Shown here in pieces: positions 37,661-51,650 of a stretch of 64,000 nt of DNA; the first letter of the stretch is position 1, and every line of letters begins with the position of its first letter. Both the position numbers and the translations under genes were made by a program. Location of the stretch: positions 90,827 to 154,826 of the IMG/VR virus record IMGVR_UViG_3300022719_000284; one strand, written 5' to 3'. The stretch comes from a virus. Taxonomy: Duplodnaviria; Heunggongvirae; Uroviricota; Caudoviricetes. The notes under the pieces are model-generated. The model saw only the letters and a list, made by a program, of their open reading frames with translations. It ran no database searches and had not been told where the DNA came from.

Positions 37661-38575
37661 TTAGGGCAAAGGGAGGTCTTCTGGCTCCCCATCCCCCTCA
37701 GAAGTAACACGTTCTACTATGGATTTAAGGGAACCCTTTGGATCAACTTTTTCTCCGTAAGCTTCCCATAAGCTATCTACCAAGGCTGGGGATGCTTCAG
37801 CCCCTAAAAATTCCATCAATTGTGTACAAGCTTGGATTCTAATACCATGAGGGGGTTTCATAGGATGGAATATTGGGCGAGATTCCCCCTCCACAGTTAC
37901 CATATCAGAATCATCTGGTTTTACATCAAAAATCTTCCAAAGAGGTTCCCCATCAATAGCTTGTACGGAGAAAGCAACACAGGCTATTTGCATGTTAAGT
38001 GCTTGCTCCCCAGAACTCATGGATAAATTTTCCGAGAATCTCATAGCCATCGCAACTAGCTCCGTAGTAAGAATTCTCATGGTAAAAACCATATTTCCAA
38101 TTTTAACTTCCTCAAGGGATATTTTGTCTATACCAAAATCCTCCCTAAGCTTAGACAAAATTGGATTTGTGCTATCGGTAGGTGTATAGGACGCTGTGGA
38201 ATGGCTATTCGAGGCCACAGGTTGCTCTGTAACGGTCTCTTTGGGTAGCCTGTGTTCCACAGGGGCGTAAGGAACTTCCGCCTGTCCTGGGTCAACCTGT
38301 AACCCAGTTGCCTGCGGGGAATTTTGAGGTTCTGCCCTTGGAGGCATATCTGTTTGGGGCATAGGGCTGGGAGGCGTTGCTTGGGGGATGTTCTTTCGAA
38401 CCCTTTGCATTCTGTCTCCCATTCCTGCATAGGCTGGATCAGTTAAAACACCTTGTTCTGCGGACCCTTGAATTCTTTCTTCATGTTCCGCTTTTAATCT
38501 CTCGTATCTGGGATTCCCGTCTCTAGGCGGCATCATGGCATCTATAGGGTTTTTAGGATCTCTTTCACCAGCCAT
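37661..38575 (-). CDS. hypothetical protein (304 aa); candidate tail assembly chaperone by position
   Basis: Lies between the tube candidate and the tape measure; Pro-rich N-terminal half. Confidence 0.35.
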   Translation of the reverse strand: MAGERDPKNPIDAMMPPRDGNPRYERLKAEHEERIQGSAEQGVLTDPAYAGMGDRMQRVRKNIPQATPPSPMPQTDMPPRAEPQNSPQATGLQVDPGQAEVPYAPVEHRLPKETVTEQPVASNSHSTASYTPTDSTNPILSKLREDFGIDKISLEEVKIGNMVFTMRILTTELVAMAMRFSENLSMSSGEQALNMQIACVAFSVQAIDGEPLWKIFDVKPDDSDMVTVEGESRPIFHPMKPPHGIRIQACTQLMEFLGAEASPALVDSLWEAYGEKVDPKGSLKSIVERVTSEGDGEPEDLPLP

Positions 38576-38602
38576 TCCAACTCTCCTTAATCCAAGTTAA
38601 CA

Positions 38603-38839
38603 TTAATGAATTATCTCTTCATACCAATCTTCGATTCCTTTCAAATCAGATCGAAGAACTTGTAACATGGTAATCATATCCTCTTCTCCACAAACTCCTT
38701 GTGATAATATATTCTTGCCTTTAAGCAAAAACCAGTTAAAAGCTGGGATATAATCACTTATTGCATTAAAAACACAGTGATAAAGTCCTGGCTTACCATT
38801 TTCTATTACAGGGAGAGTGTAGATACTCTTACCGTCCAT
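38603..38839 (-). CDS. hypothetical protein (78 aa)
   Basis: ORF only. Confidence 0.3.
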   Translation of the reverse strand: MDGKSIYTLPVIENGKPGLYHCVFNAISDYIPAFNWFLLKGKNILSQGVCGEEDMITMLQVLRSDLKGIEDWYEEIIH

Positions 38840-38853
38840 AAGACTACTTTACA

Positions 38854-39495
38854 CTAGTAGCCCTTAACGGGAGGTTGACCGGGAAGGGAGAGGTAATCCC
38901 AGTCGAAATTCTCTGGATTGTCCATAGGGTTGGATGGGCCTAGATCATTAGCGACACCTTCTCCTTCAACCCCACGGCCTGCACGACGCTTTAAAGCAGC
39001 TTTTTTGTGAGGATCAGGAGCTGGAGGGGAAACGGGAGAAGAGTTTTCATCACCTTCGATACCTCTCCCAGCGCGACGTTTAAGAGCTGCTTTTTTATGA
39101 GGATCCATAGCAGGTTCTTGGGAAGAAGGTTGAGAAGAGGGTTGAGGGTTTCCCCCAGGACCGGTAGATTTAGGAGGATTCTGAGCCTTAGACATTTCGT
39201 CTAAGGAAGGTATACCCATTTGCTCAGCAGCTTGTTTTGATTTTAGAGGATTTATAGGTGTGCCATCTGTGGGTACACCTGCTGTATCCAATAGAGCATC
39301 CCAATTAGTTGCGTGAGCTAAAAATCCCGAGTAACTATGATCTCTAGGATCTCCAGCACTATCTTCACCGTTACATACGGCATGGTCATGCTCCTGGGGA
39401 TCACTAGTCAAGCTATTAGGCAAAGACTCTTTGGAGAAGGTAGCCCAACAAAGATGATGAGCAATATGAGTTTTCTTTTTGCCTTGCCAAGACAT
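38854..39495 (-). CDS. hypothetical protein (213 aa) with an internal 16-aa direct repeat
   Basis: 'DPHKKAALKRRAGRG(I/V)EG' occurs twice. Confidence 0.4.
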   Translation of the reverse strand: MSWQGKKKTHIAHHLCWATFSKESLPNSLTSDPQEHDHAVCNGEDSAGDPRDHSYSGFLAHATNWDALLDTAGVPTDGTPINPLKSKQAAEQMGIPSLDEMSKAQNPPKSTGPGGNPQPSSQPSSQEPAMDPHKKAALKRRAGRGIEGDENSSPVSPPAPDPHKKAALKRRAGRGVEGEGVANDLGPSNPMDNPENFDWDYLSLPGQPPVKGY

Positions 39496-39498
39496 ATA

Positions 39499-40020
39499 TT
39501 ACCCAGCTACACGAATTCGGGATACGTAAGCCATTTCGCATTCTACGGTTACAACAGCATCTCCACCAGATTCCCAGTTATTGTTATTCTTGGTCTGGAA
39601 CCAGCAACCACTATATTGCCATAGTTTGTTAAGCTCCGTTCCACGGAATAGGTATTCCTGTGTTACCCAAGGACGAGTCTGATCCATCAAGTCGTCAAAC
39701 ACTGCTCCGAACCCTAGGGTAAGTTCAAGCTCTTGATTCCATACTTCCACTCGTGTGAAGGAGATAGTGTATCCAGTAGCCTGACCCGGAACGTAATCAA
39801 TTGGGCGACCCCATGTTACATGGGATAGCTCTCTGATGTGATTACCTTCTCGTGTATAAGCATTGGGCTGCCACGACTGAATACGTCCAACAATGTTCCC
39901 GTCTACAACAATAGAAAGACCGTGATAAGTTTTGGTCGTAGGGGCACCAGCAGCCCCTTGCTCTAAGGGCTGAACTGTAACGTCAAAACTATTCGTGGCA
40001 AAAGGCGAGGGATTTGGCAT
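39499..40020 (-). CDS. putative tail tube protein (173 aa)
   Basis: Size and beta-rich composition; located directly downstream (in transcription order) of the sheath candidate. Confidence 0.45.
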   Translation of the reverse strand: MPNPSPFATNSFDVTVQPLEQGAAGAPTTKTYHGLSIVVDGNIVGRIQSWQPNAYTREGNHIRELSHVTWGRPIDYVPGQATGYTISFTRVEVWNQELELTLGFGAVFDDLMDQTRPWVTQEYLFRGTELNKLWQYSGCWFQTKNNNNWESGGDAVVTVECEMAYVSRIRVAG

Positions 40021-40195
40021 AATTTAAACTCCCGAACTATCCTACTTAGTAGGCTAGTGCTCCTCTAATGGAGCCCCTGCCTACCTTAAATATAATAGAA
40101 AGCTCTTTTGGGGTTGCTCCTTGTTCTTTTAATACTTTAATTTTTTCTATATCCTCGAAAGACAGTTTCATCGTATATTTTACCGTAAGACAATT

Positions 40196-40579
40196 TTAGG
40201 CCCCAAAAGAATTTCTTATATCGCGAGCAAGTACAAACTCCCCTCGATTTTCCAATTCTACAGCAGTAGCTTCAACCTGAGAAAGCATATCGCTCTTAGG
40301 CTCTGGGCCTCTTTCTGTTGGGTTATCGAGGAAAGGATCACGCTTAGTCTGATAATCGGCATGAGGGACATCTTCACCGAAATCCCCTACCTTAAAATCA
40401 TCTGCTCCATTAACACCAAAGCCAAAGAATTCTCTAAGAAGCTTTTTGCCTTCTGGCGACAGATCTACTTGCTTTGCAAGCACCTCATAGATCTGAGCAG
40501 CAAGAGCATGCTTACCGACTTTTTCAGAATCAAGATGGGCAGCGATCCTGCACAGTGTAACCAATTTAGATCCTTGCAT
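40196..40579 (-). CDS. hypothetical protein (127 aa)
   Basis: ORF between the sheath and tube candidates. Confidence 0.35.
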   Translation of the reverse strand: MQGSKLVTLCRIAAHLDSEKVGKHALAAQIYEVLAKQVDLSPEGKKLLREFFGFGVNGADDFKVGDFGEDVPHADYQTKRDPFLDNPTERGPEPKSDMLSQVEATAVELENRGEFVLARDIRNSFGA

Positions 40580-40596
40580 TGTTTAGCTCCTCGCTA

Positions 40597-43500
40597 TTAC
40601 GGGTTGCCTGAGCCAATCCCGAAGTCGTTTGTGTTGACCGTGAAAAGACCAAACACTCTCTTAATAGGTAATCGTAGGAAGTAAGCATAAAACATGTGAT
40701 ATAGAGTCGGATCTGCCGTGTCTCTAAACACCACAACATCTGCTTGTGGATCAAACTTCCTTACATTTTGATTGTCATCCTCATACTGGCCAATAATTCC
40801 TCGACCCAAAAGTCCTAGAAGAATTCCGCTAAGAGTTGCTCGTATCACACCAACGCCAGCCTCAGCACTAGGGACAACTAGGGAGACAACTGAGTTTTCC
40901 ATCTCGCGTCGTACTACCTTTGTAACAAACTGCTTTTGAGTCATAGCTGAAATGAGGTAGAAATCGATGGAGAAAGTGTCAACTGTAGTGTCTTCTTCTA
41001 TTCGAACGACTCCGTTCCCAAGATCCGTAAAATAAACTATTGCCGAATCCCCCAGTAGAGCATTTTCTTTAGGAGTATACGTCTGTACTGATCGGAATCC
41101 CGAGAGATTCTTTTTCAAGACAGTGTTAGCTGGGTCGGAAAAAGATGCAGTTAAAGATGCCAAAGCCGCTGCAACAAAGGATCCGTCAACAGTTACTTGA
41201 ACCGTATCTCCACTCTGAAGAACAACATTTACAGTTGCCGACGTTGGACCAACTAGGATTCTAGTACCATGAGAAGGAGATTGTCCAAATACTCTTAATG
41301 TATTGTCAGCAATGTATCGAAGTGTATCTGGTGTCTGTCTATCCCCTATTGGAGTTCCAATTGGAGCGCCAAACCAATCCAAAGATTCTCGTCTAGAGAA
41401 GGGATCATTGGCTCTTTCGTTAACAGCAAGCTGATCTCCCCAGGCATCTTGCCTGGATAGAACGATGCGATCTGTAATAGCCTCTACATCTTCCGTAGCA
41501 AGAAGAGCTGTCTTGAAATCAGTCTGCTGGAATACCCCGTCTTCGTCAGCATCAGAAACTTGGACATAGTAAGCTCCGAAAACATTGTTATCGAAAGCAA
41601 GTTCGTTAACAATGTGTAGATGGTTGTCTATGCTTGGAGGACCTAAAAGGGTTCTACCTTCATCTCTGTCTAGGACTAGAACAGGATTATTGTACAGCTC
41701 GCTTCCTCGCAGGAAGTTACCGGTAAAAAAGTATAGCTGGCCTGGGTCTGGCTCATCTCCACGAGTTTCGTAGTTTACAGTAAATGCTTCTGTTGGTGGA
41801 ACAGGCAAAGCTACGAAAGCCGTTCCGGTCACTTCCACAGAAGCGACGGGAACCTGCCCAGAAGTAGTCTCAACAGTAACAGAAGCAGGCTCATAAATAT
41901 CATTTGTAATGATGTAGGATTGGCCGGGAGTTCCGGTTACAGTTCCATTAGTATCAACGATGATATCATCAACTTCAAATTCCTGTTCTCGTCTAGCTAC
42001 TAGAGACCAATCTACCTTGTTCTCATCTACGGCTGTAAATGTGAACTCGTCTCCGCCCTGATGACGATTACCAGAAGCTCCATCACCTCTAGTCATATTT
42101 CGGAAAGCCATTCTAACGTTGTCAGGAAACAAGAAATGGCCAGTTTGTTCATCTGGATTCAAAGGATCATAGTAGTTTTGCTGACGAACTAGGTATGTTC
42201 CAAACCCTCCCTCGGGAGTATTTGTGCTGTATTCTCCTTCAACAACTCCTACTACCTGATTTCCGGTCAGGGTTCCACTTCCATCTGGATTAGTGTCTCC
42301 CGGAACTAGATTGCTAGTGGAGCCGTGTAGAAGTTCGTAAGCTCGGTTATCTTTGCCGGAATACAGAAGCCTAGGTGCTCTGGCAATGAAGGCAAATTCG
42401 TCACCTACTCCGAAGTTAGAAGAGCCAAAATCAAGATCTATATCAACACCAAAAGCCAAGCTCTCAGTCAGGGAAGCAGGAGTAGCCTCATTTATAGTAA
42501 AGCTTCCATTTGGTCCCAATTCGATAAAAGTAGACCAAACAAAAGTAGCAGTTCTATTTGGGGAAGAACCAGAAATACCTATACATCTAATAGAGAACCC
42601 AGTGTTGAAATTTCTGTTAAATTCAGAGCTAGTTGCTATGGATACTGATCCAGTTCCCGTGTTATCGTCACCAACAACAATACCAGTAATCTCTGGGAAT
42701 TGGTTAGTGTTGTCGTATCTGTCATCTTTCTCAACTAGGCTTGGACCAAACCCGTGGAAAGAGAAAACATCTGCAACTGCAAAGTTCTCAGGGGATCCGG
42801 AACCAGGGAAAAAGAAATCAAGCTCTATTCCTAATTCAATTTCAACGTTGAATTGCGATACAGAACCCGCCGGAGGAGAAGGGTGCCCAACTTCGTGTAC
42901 AGTAATAGTTGGGCTTGATTCTAGAGAATTTAAAGGGCGGGGAGGAAGAGCATCGTTACCACCAGTAACTGGTGTGCTAGTATAAGAGAACGAAGCAACA
43001 CGATTTCCACCTGCAATAGTTCCGCTAGCTGCAATACATTCGAATTCGTAGTATCTATTGTAATTGTGATCAAATTGAGAAGAGCTTCCCTGGGTGATAA
43101 CTCCCGCACCTGTGTTGCCGGGATCTGGGGAAGGGGCAGTCAATACTGAATCAGTATTGACATTCCCAGAATCAGCCACAGGAGAAGTAACATCGGTTAC
43201 AATAAAAAAATCCGTGTTTTCTCGAAATTGTGGAGAATCCTCGGATAAACCAACATTGACTACTGCTCTCAGCTCCTCTACGGGAATAACATCCTGAGGA
43301 GTTCTTTCCACAGATTGATAATCTATTACATATGTTGCTGTTGGGTCAAAATTTTCTGAAGAAATAGTGATTTGGTCAAAAACACCCGATCCAGGCACGC
43401 TCTCATTAAAGAACCAAAAATCATTTCTAACTACGGTTCCATCTTGCTTTCTCAGTTGTATACCCGGAGCGTTTTGATCCTGATCAGCATCAAAATCTAG

Positions 43501-43728
43501 TTGAGCACGATGTGGTGCTACTTGAGTGAATGCGAGAGTTTCCTCAAAAATGAATGATCGGCGAATAGAGATGTTTTTGCCTTCTGCAAGTCTGTTACCT
43601 ACTCCAACAAAACATGGAATCCTAGCGTCTGCCGTAAGATTAACTGGGCGCGGAATAATTAGCTGCCCGATATAGACCCCGGGCGGAACATATCTAGTAT
43701 TCACCAATCGAAAACTTGGGTTAGCCAT
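40597..43728 (-). CDS. putative contractile tail sheath protein with large insertion domains (1043 aa)
   Basis: N-terminus 'RYVPPGVYIGQLIIP' resembles the conserved sheath N-terminus ('PGVYIEE'-type). A tube-like gene follows. Confidence 0.5.
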   Translation of the reverse strand: MANPSFRLVNTRYVPPGVYIGQLIIPRPVNLTADARIPCFVGVGNRLAEGKNISIRRSFIFEETLAFTQVAPHRAQLDFDADQDQNAPGIQLRKQDGTVVRNDFWFFNESVPGSGVFDQITISSENFDPTATYVIDYQSVERTPQDVIPVEELRAVVNVGLSEDSPQFRENTDFFIVTDVTSPVADSGNVNTDSVLTAPSPDPGNTGAGVITQGSSSQFDHNYNRYYEFECIAASGTIAGGNRVASFSYTSTPVTGGNDALPPRPLNSLESSPTITVHEVGHPSPPAGSVSQFNVEIELGIELDFFFPGSGSPENFAVADVFSFHGFGPSLVEKDDRYDNTNQFPEITGIVVGDDNTGTGSVSIATSSEFNRNFNTGFSIRCIGISGSSPNRTATFVWSTFIELGPNGSFTINEATPASLTESLAFGVDIDLDFGSSNFGVGDEFAFIARAPRLLYSGKDNRAYELLHGSTSNLVPGDTNPDGSGTLTGNQVVGVVEGEYSTNTPEGGFGTYLVRQQNYYDPLNPDEQTGHFLFPDNVRMAFRNMTRGDGASGNRHQGGDEFTFTAVDENKVDWSLVARREQEFEVDDIIVDTNGTVTGTPGQSYIITNDIYEPASVTVETTSGQVPVASVEVTGTAFVALPVPPTEAFTVNYETRGDEPDPGQLYFFTGNFLRGSELYNNPVLVLDRDEGRTLLGPPSIDNHLHIVNELAFDNNVFGAYYVQVSDADEDGVFQQTDFKTALLATEDVEAITDRIVLSRQDAWGDQLAVNERANDPFSRRESLDWFGAPIGTPIGDRQTPDTLRYIADNTLRVFGQSPSHGTRILVGPTSATVNVVLQSGDTVQVTVDGSFVAAALASLTASFSDPANTVLKKNLSGFRSVQTYTPKENALLGDSAIVYFTDLGNGVVRIEEDTTVDTFSIDFYLISAMTQKQFVTKVVRREMENSVVSLVVPSAEAGVGVIRATLSGILLGLLGRGIIGQYEDDNQNVRKFDPQADVVVFRDTADPTLYHMFYAYFLRLPIKRVFGLFTVNTNDFGIGSGNP

Positions 43729-43833
43729 GTATGCGGTCCCCTCAAATAGAGCTTGCGTCTTTTAATTCAGCGCCCGAGTGAGTGTCCGGCGACGTAAACC
43801 TGTTCTACTATGATATAAGAGGGTAATAACTTC

Positions 43834-44874
43834 TTATAGAATCACATTTACAGATTTTGATGCAACAACCTCTGGAGCTAACGCAGCCCCAGAAGGCTGT
43901 CTATGCCGACGATCGAATACTTGAATCTCAAATTTTCCAAGTCTGCGGGCAGTTACAATTAATGTTTCTGGATCAAAAACAGCAATTTTACCATCAGATA
44001 AAGCCACTCTCTGGCCATCTTGAAAATTTCTAACACGTATTTGATTTGTTTTATTTAATTTTATTTCATCGGGGAATTCAATAACTGGCTTCAAAGTACC
44101 GCCAGGGCCCCCAAGATTAGGATCTCCTACCTCCTGCCCCAAAGGAAAAGTTGCAGAAGACATTTCTTGTTGAAGAATTATTCTGTCTTCAAATTGTACC
44201 AGCATATCAATAGTCATAGCCCAAACAGAATCTTTGGGGTCATCGTTTATACTACTATTGGTAGTAGGAGACGGCACAAAACTAAGAGGTAATCTAACTT
44301 CCCAGGTATCTCCCTTATCATCCCGACCAGTAATTCTTTGACCCCCTCCGATATTTCTCAAAGGTCCGAAAATGAGAGTTAGAAACGACCCAAGAGCGTC
44401 TGCGGACTCCTGATCTTGGGCAGCAGATACAATTGTTATAGGTATATTGTAAGTCAAAGGAAACTGACCTTGCCACATAAGAGGGTTACCCAACTCGCCC
44501 CTGTTCCCAAGATGGGTAGCATGATCTAAAACATTTAGCCCTGGGTCTACATATTCCATTCCAGAATCAATTATTAAAATTGCTGGGAGTCTTTCTTTTA
44601 TATCATTGTAATATCTTGCTAGTTGAGTTGGCCTAAGAGTAGGATCTGTAGTTAAAGAGTCTGTGTCAGTTATGAATAATTTTGACAAAGAACCAACCGC
44701 TTCTGTAATAGACCTCTTAACCCCATCTGTATCCATAAACTGTTGTATATAGTGCTGAAGTGCTTGTTTAGTTATAGATTTAATTCTATCGTGACTAGCA
44801 CGAGAAACAGCTTCCTGAACTGACTGAGGGGCAGCACGAAATATGTAGCCAGGATTAAGATTCTGATCCGACAC
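43834..44874 (-). CDS. structural hypothetical protein (346 aa)
   Basis: ORF immediately upstream of the sheath gene; no motif recognised. Confidence 0.45.
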   Translation of the reverse strand: MSDQNLNPGYIFRAAPQSVQEAVSRASHDRIKSITKQALQHYIQQFMDTDGVKRSITEAVGSLSKLFITDTDSLTTDPTLRPTQLARYYNDIKERLPAILIIDSGMEYVDPGLNVLDHATHLGNRGELGNPLMWQGQFPLTYNIPITIVSAAQDQESADALGSFLTLIFGPLRNIGGGQRITGRDDKGDTWEVRLPLSFVPSPTTNSSINDDPKDSVWAMTIDMLVQFEDRIILQQEMSSATFPLGQEVGDPNLGGPGGTLKPVIEFPDEIKLNKTNQIRVRNFQDGQRVALSDGKIAVFDPETLIVTARRLGKFEIQVFDRRHRQPSGAALAPEVVASKSVNVIL

Positions 44875-45304
44875 GCAACTTCCTTCCTGGCAAAATTAGT
44901 AAGTCTCTAGGGTCAGGTACGTTTACGCCATTTTCTCTACATGCTTTTTCAACTTCGGGAAGAAGCTCTTCCATCTGGGCCATAATTTCTTCTGAAGTTT
45001 TAGCCCCCTCAGGGATTATAGGGCTCAAGTCTTCTGCAAAATGCCATTCTGGGTACACCACAGGTGGATCAAATCTCCATATTGCAGAGCCCATATGTGC
45101 TTCTTGTAATATAGCTTTCTGCTCTCCATCATAAAAATATGGGATATTCTTAGGACGTTTTTCTACTGGTCCGTATGATTCTTCTTCGCATTTTTCACAC
45201 ATAACTCTGGGACAGCTATGCCCATCTATAATTCTATCAAAAAATGGAAAAAAGAACCCATGCTTACCGCATGTATATTTTGATTCAACCTTTTTATCTA
45301 ACAT
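44855..45304 (-). CDS. Cys-rich hypothetical protein (149 aa)
   Basis: 'CGKHGFFFPFFDRIIDGHSCPRVMCEKCEE' is a metal-binding-like cluster. Confidence 0.4.
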   Translation of the reverse strand: MLDKKVESKYTCGKHGFFFPFFDRIIDGHSCPRVMCEKCEEESYGPVEKRPKNIPYFYDGEQKAILQEAHMGSAIWRFDPPVVYPEWHFAEDLSPIIPEGAKTSEEIMAQMEELLPEVEKACRENGVNVPDPRDLLILPGRKLRVGSES

Positions 45305-45331
45305 AAATCATTTCACTTTTTAATATATTAA

Positions 45332-45589
45332 CTATTTATTGATCTTATGTTCATCACATTTATCTGAGGTTAAAAGGGCATTAGCCTTATTTAGAGCAGT
45401 TCTTTTAAGAGGGTATTTTCCTATAAATTTTGTTCCCATATACAGCTCCCAACCACCATCAACAGCATCAATGCGCACACGTTGCCCATTAGGGCACACA
45501 CCTTCGTATCGACCCTTTTTAAGTCTTCTCATTAATCGTTTTTGGGTATAAGAAGATGATATGTTCCAGTTAAGTTCGCTAGCTAACAT
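45332..45589 (-). CDS. hypothetical protein (85 aa)
   Basis: ORF only. Confidence 0.3.
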   Translation of the reverse strand: MLASELNWNISSSYTQKRLMRRLKKGRYEGVCPNGQRVRIDAVDGGWELYMGTKFIGKYPLKRTALNKANALLTSDKCDEHKINK

Positions 45590-45616
45590 TAGGATACCCC
45601 AAGAAATAAATAAACC

Positions 45617-45853
45617 CTAGCTTAATGTGTTTATCCCCTGCTGAAGCGCTAAATCAACATAACTAATAAGGACTTTTAGCTCACAGCGGCATGTTGTGTC
45701 TTTCTTAGAAATATCACGCAAATTATTAGCCATCCATCTCAAATCTCTTCTTTTAGTTACAGGAACATTAATTGCTTTAGCTAGCTTTTCAATTTCTTGA
45801 ATTAAGGTATTCCCTGCGGATTTTTCTTTCCAATTTAGATCTCGAATATCCAT
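45617..45853 (-). CDS. hypothetical protein (78 aa)
   Basis: ORF only. Confidence 0.3.
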   Translation of the reverse strand: MDIRDLNWKEKSAGNTLIQEIEKLAKAINVPVTKRRDLRWMANNLRDISKKDTTCRCELKVLISYVDLALQQGINTLS

Positions 45854-46038
45854 TAGTTACTATCCTGTTAAGAGGGATTTTTGTTTACAACATTTTCCTC
45901 CGTCATACATGCTTCCAATCTAGGAACCAATTCCCTAACTTGATTGAATGGCAAAGAAGACAAAGTTTCTATAGCTACTCTCAATACTGCGTAAGGTACT
46001 GCGAATTCAGTTTCTCCAACTATTTTAGACATCTTCAA

Positions 46039-49613
<3,575 letters not shown>

Positions 49614-49614
<1 letters not shown>

Positions 49615-50177
49615 TAGATTCTCCAGTTAAGACGAGCAGCTATGCTCCCTAATCTAATCCATGTTATTTCTTCTGTTTTTGAGGAAAATCTAATCTTGTT
49701 AAAATTAAGTTCAATACCTTCAAATTCGTCAGAGCCGGAATAAGTCTTACCCTCTCCCGGATTCACATAGGCTATTGTTATATGAGGCTGATATTCAGGA
49801 AATTTATCTTCATTTTCTAAATTGTCTTTTAGTTTGTTGTGTATCCTATGTAGGTCTTTTGATTTGACATCTATTTTTACCACATCATAATCTTCATTCT
49901 CAAAAAGAGATATTTTCCCTAGAGTAGCTTTTATAGGGCTTTCACCTTGAAGAATTTTTCTCACAGGATCTGGATCTTCATCTACCAATCCGTAAAGAAC
50001 TGTGCAATGAATTGTATCTTCTCGACCCATAGAATCGTCTTCCGGGTCTTCATAAAGCTTGCTATCAGGTATATTTTTCTTGCCCCATTCTATAATATTT
50101 TTAGCGACATTCTCCGGTAAATTAACCTGAGTTGATGCATAGCTATAGTCTGCTGTCACGTCCCAGTTAAATACCAT
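49614..50177 (-). CDS. 2H phosphoesterase superfamily protein (LigT / 2',3'-cyclic phosphodiesterase-like; 187 aa)
   Basis: Two H-x-T/S-x motifs ('IHCTVLYG' and 'PHITIAYV') at the spacing typical of the 2H fold. Confidence 0.55.
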
Positions 50178-50533
50178 TATCCTTTCCTTTTGTTAGGAAA
50201 TACGTAATCCATATTGCTTTTTTTAGTAGACATACCAAGTGTTTTCAAAATCTTTTTTCTGGTGCCGATATGAGGAGCACGTTCCCCTTGAGAAATTAGT
50301 TTTACTGTTCTCCATTCTAAACCTGATTTCCTGCTAATCTCTCTAAGAGATATGTTAGCTTTAACAGCCATCAACCTAACTCTGTTTGGATAGGGCGGCC
50401 GACCTAATCTCTTACAGTGAGGGCAAGGATCACTTTTACTAAAAACAGGAACATACCACCTTAAGCAATCAAAACACTCCTTACCGTATTCTACGGTAGA
50501 AATATCCATGTGTATTCGTCTAGAACCGAACAT
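50177..50533 (-). CDS. Zn-ribbon plus helix-turn-helix (XRE/Cro-like) DNA-binding protein (118 aa)
   Basis: 'CFDCLRW...CPHCKR' followed by 'ISLREISRKSGLEWRTVKLISQGERAPHIGTRKKILKTLG'. Confidence 0.5.
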   Translation of the reverse strand: MFGSRRIHMDISTVEYGKECFDCLRWYVPVFSKSDPCPHCKRLGRPPYPNRVRLMAVKANISLREISRKSGLEWRTVKLISQGERAPHIGTRKKILKTLGMSTKKSNMDYVFPNKRKG

Positions 50534-50616
50534 AAATCCCCTCCCTTTCTCTTAAAAGACTCGCCCTTTCTCTTAAAAGATAAGACTAAGGCATTCATAA
50601 CTGGGGTACTCTTTTT

Positions 50617-51636
50617 CTAAAATGTAGTTCTAGGGGGTTGTGGGGTACCCGAGGTAGCAGCGGACACAGCCCCAGCTATAGCTGTTGCGGTTCTAGAGAC
50701 TATGCGCTGGCTAGCAGCATTTACAGATGCTTTGGAAGCACTTGCGATGGCTCTGGGAGGGACTTGTCCTGTTATTAGTAAATCTTGGATAGGGGAAAAA
50801 GTTTCACTTCTTCTATTAGAATAGGTAAAACCTACTCTTTCCATGTATTTCTGCTTCAACGGATGACCTGCCTCTCTTCCGTCTACTCTACTTTGATTTG
50901 TAATAGCTACAGCACGCCCAAGCTCCGGGGTGGACTTGTATACTGTGAAAGAAGCGGACCAATTGTTAACCTGAGCATGATTGGAAGCTTGATCAGAAAA
51001 AGAAATTCCTTGAGGTTGCCAAAATCCCCATAAAGTAATAGACGGGAAAATCAAGCTATTGTACTTTATGTAACATAAATTTGCTCTACCGTCGTCAAGA
51101 ACTTTTACCTCGTCCACTAAAGCCATAAATTCGTAAAAATTTACTAACCCTTCTGGAATAGTGCCTTGGAAATCAAGCAAGCTTCTTGTAGGAAGAATAT
51201 TTCCGGATTGGAAATTTATAGTAAGAACAGGTTCATCAAAATAGGTTTTTCGCTCATTATCGTTCCAAACATGTAGAACAGTCCCTGCCTTGGTTTTCTG
51301 CTCTTGAGAACGTTGGGCCATCGTCCACGATACGTCTGAAGGATTAACTCTAAATTTAATAGCTTTAGGCTCTCTAAAAAGGGTTTCTTCTTCCCCATTT
51401 TCATTTTGAACAGTAACGTTGCCTCCACCTTGCTGCCAAGACAAGCAACCCATTTCCCATTCAAAATCATTTCTATTGTCTCTAAGCCCCGAAGTAGGAA
51501 GAAGCCCCCGACCGAAACCCAAAATATTGCCAGCAAGAGCAAAAGTTGGGTTGTCTACGGTCTGGGGGCTTCTGAGGATCCCAGGGCCGTTTTTACGATC
51601 TACCACAGATGTGATAATATCTGCAACACCGGCCAT
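50617..51636 (-). CDS. structural hypothetical protein (339 aa)
   Basis: ORF; no motif recognised. Confidence 0.45.
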   Translation of the reverse strand: MAGVADIITSVVDRKNGPGILRSPQTVDNPTFALAGNILGFGRGLLPTSGLRDNRNDFEWEMGCLSWQQGGGNVTVQNENGEEETLFREPKAIKFRVNPSDVSWTMAQRSQEQKTKAGTVLHVWNDNERKTYFDEPVLTINFQSGNILPTRSLLDFQGTIPEGLVNFYEFMALVDEVKVLDDGRANLCYIKYNSLIFPSITLWGFWQPQGISFSDQASNHAQVNNWSASFTVYKSTPELGRAVAITNQSRVDGREAGHPLKQKYMERVGFTYSNRRSETFSPIQDLLITGQVPPRAIASASKASVNAASQRIVSRTATAIAGAVSAATSGTPQPPRTTF

Positions 51637-51650
51637 ATGTTCTCCTAATA

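Noticed and set aside
42353-42985. 210-aa plus-strand ORF inside the sheath candidate
   Set aside because: Antisense to a 1043-aa gene with a consistent reading frame; no RBS.
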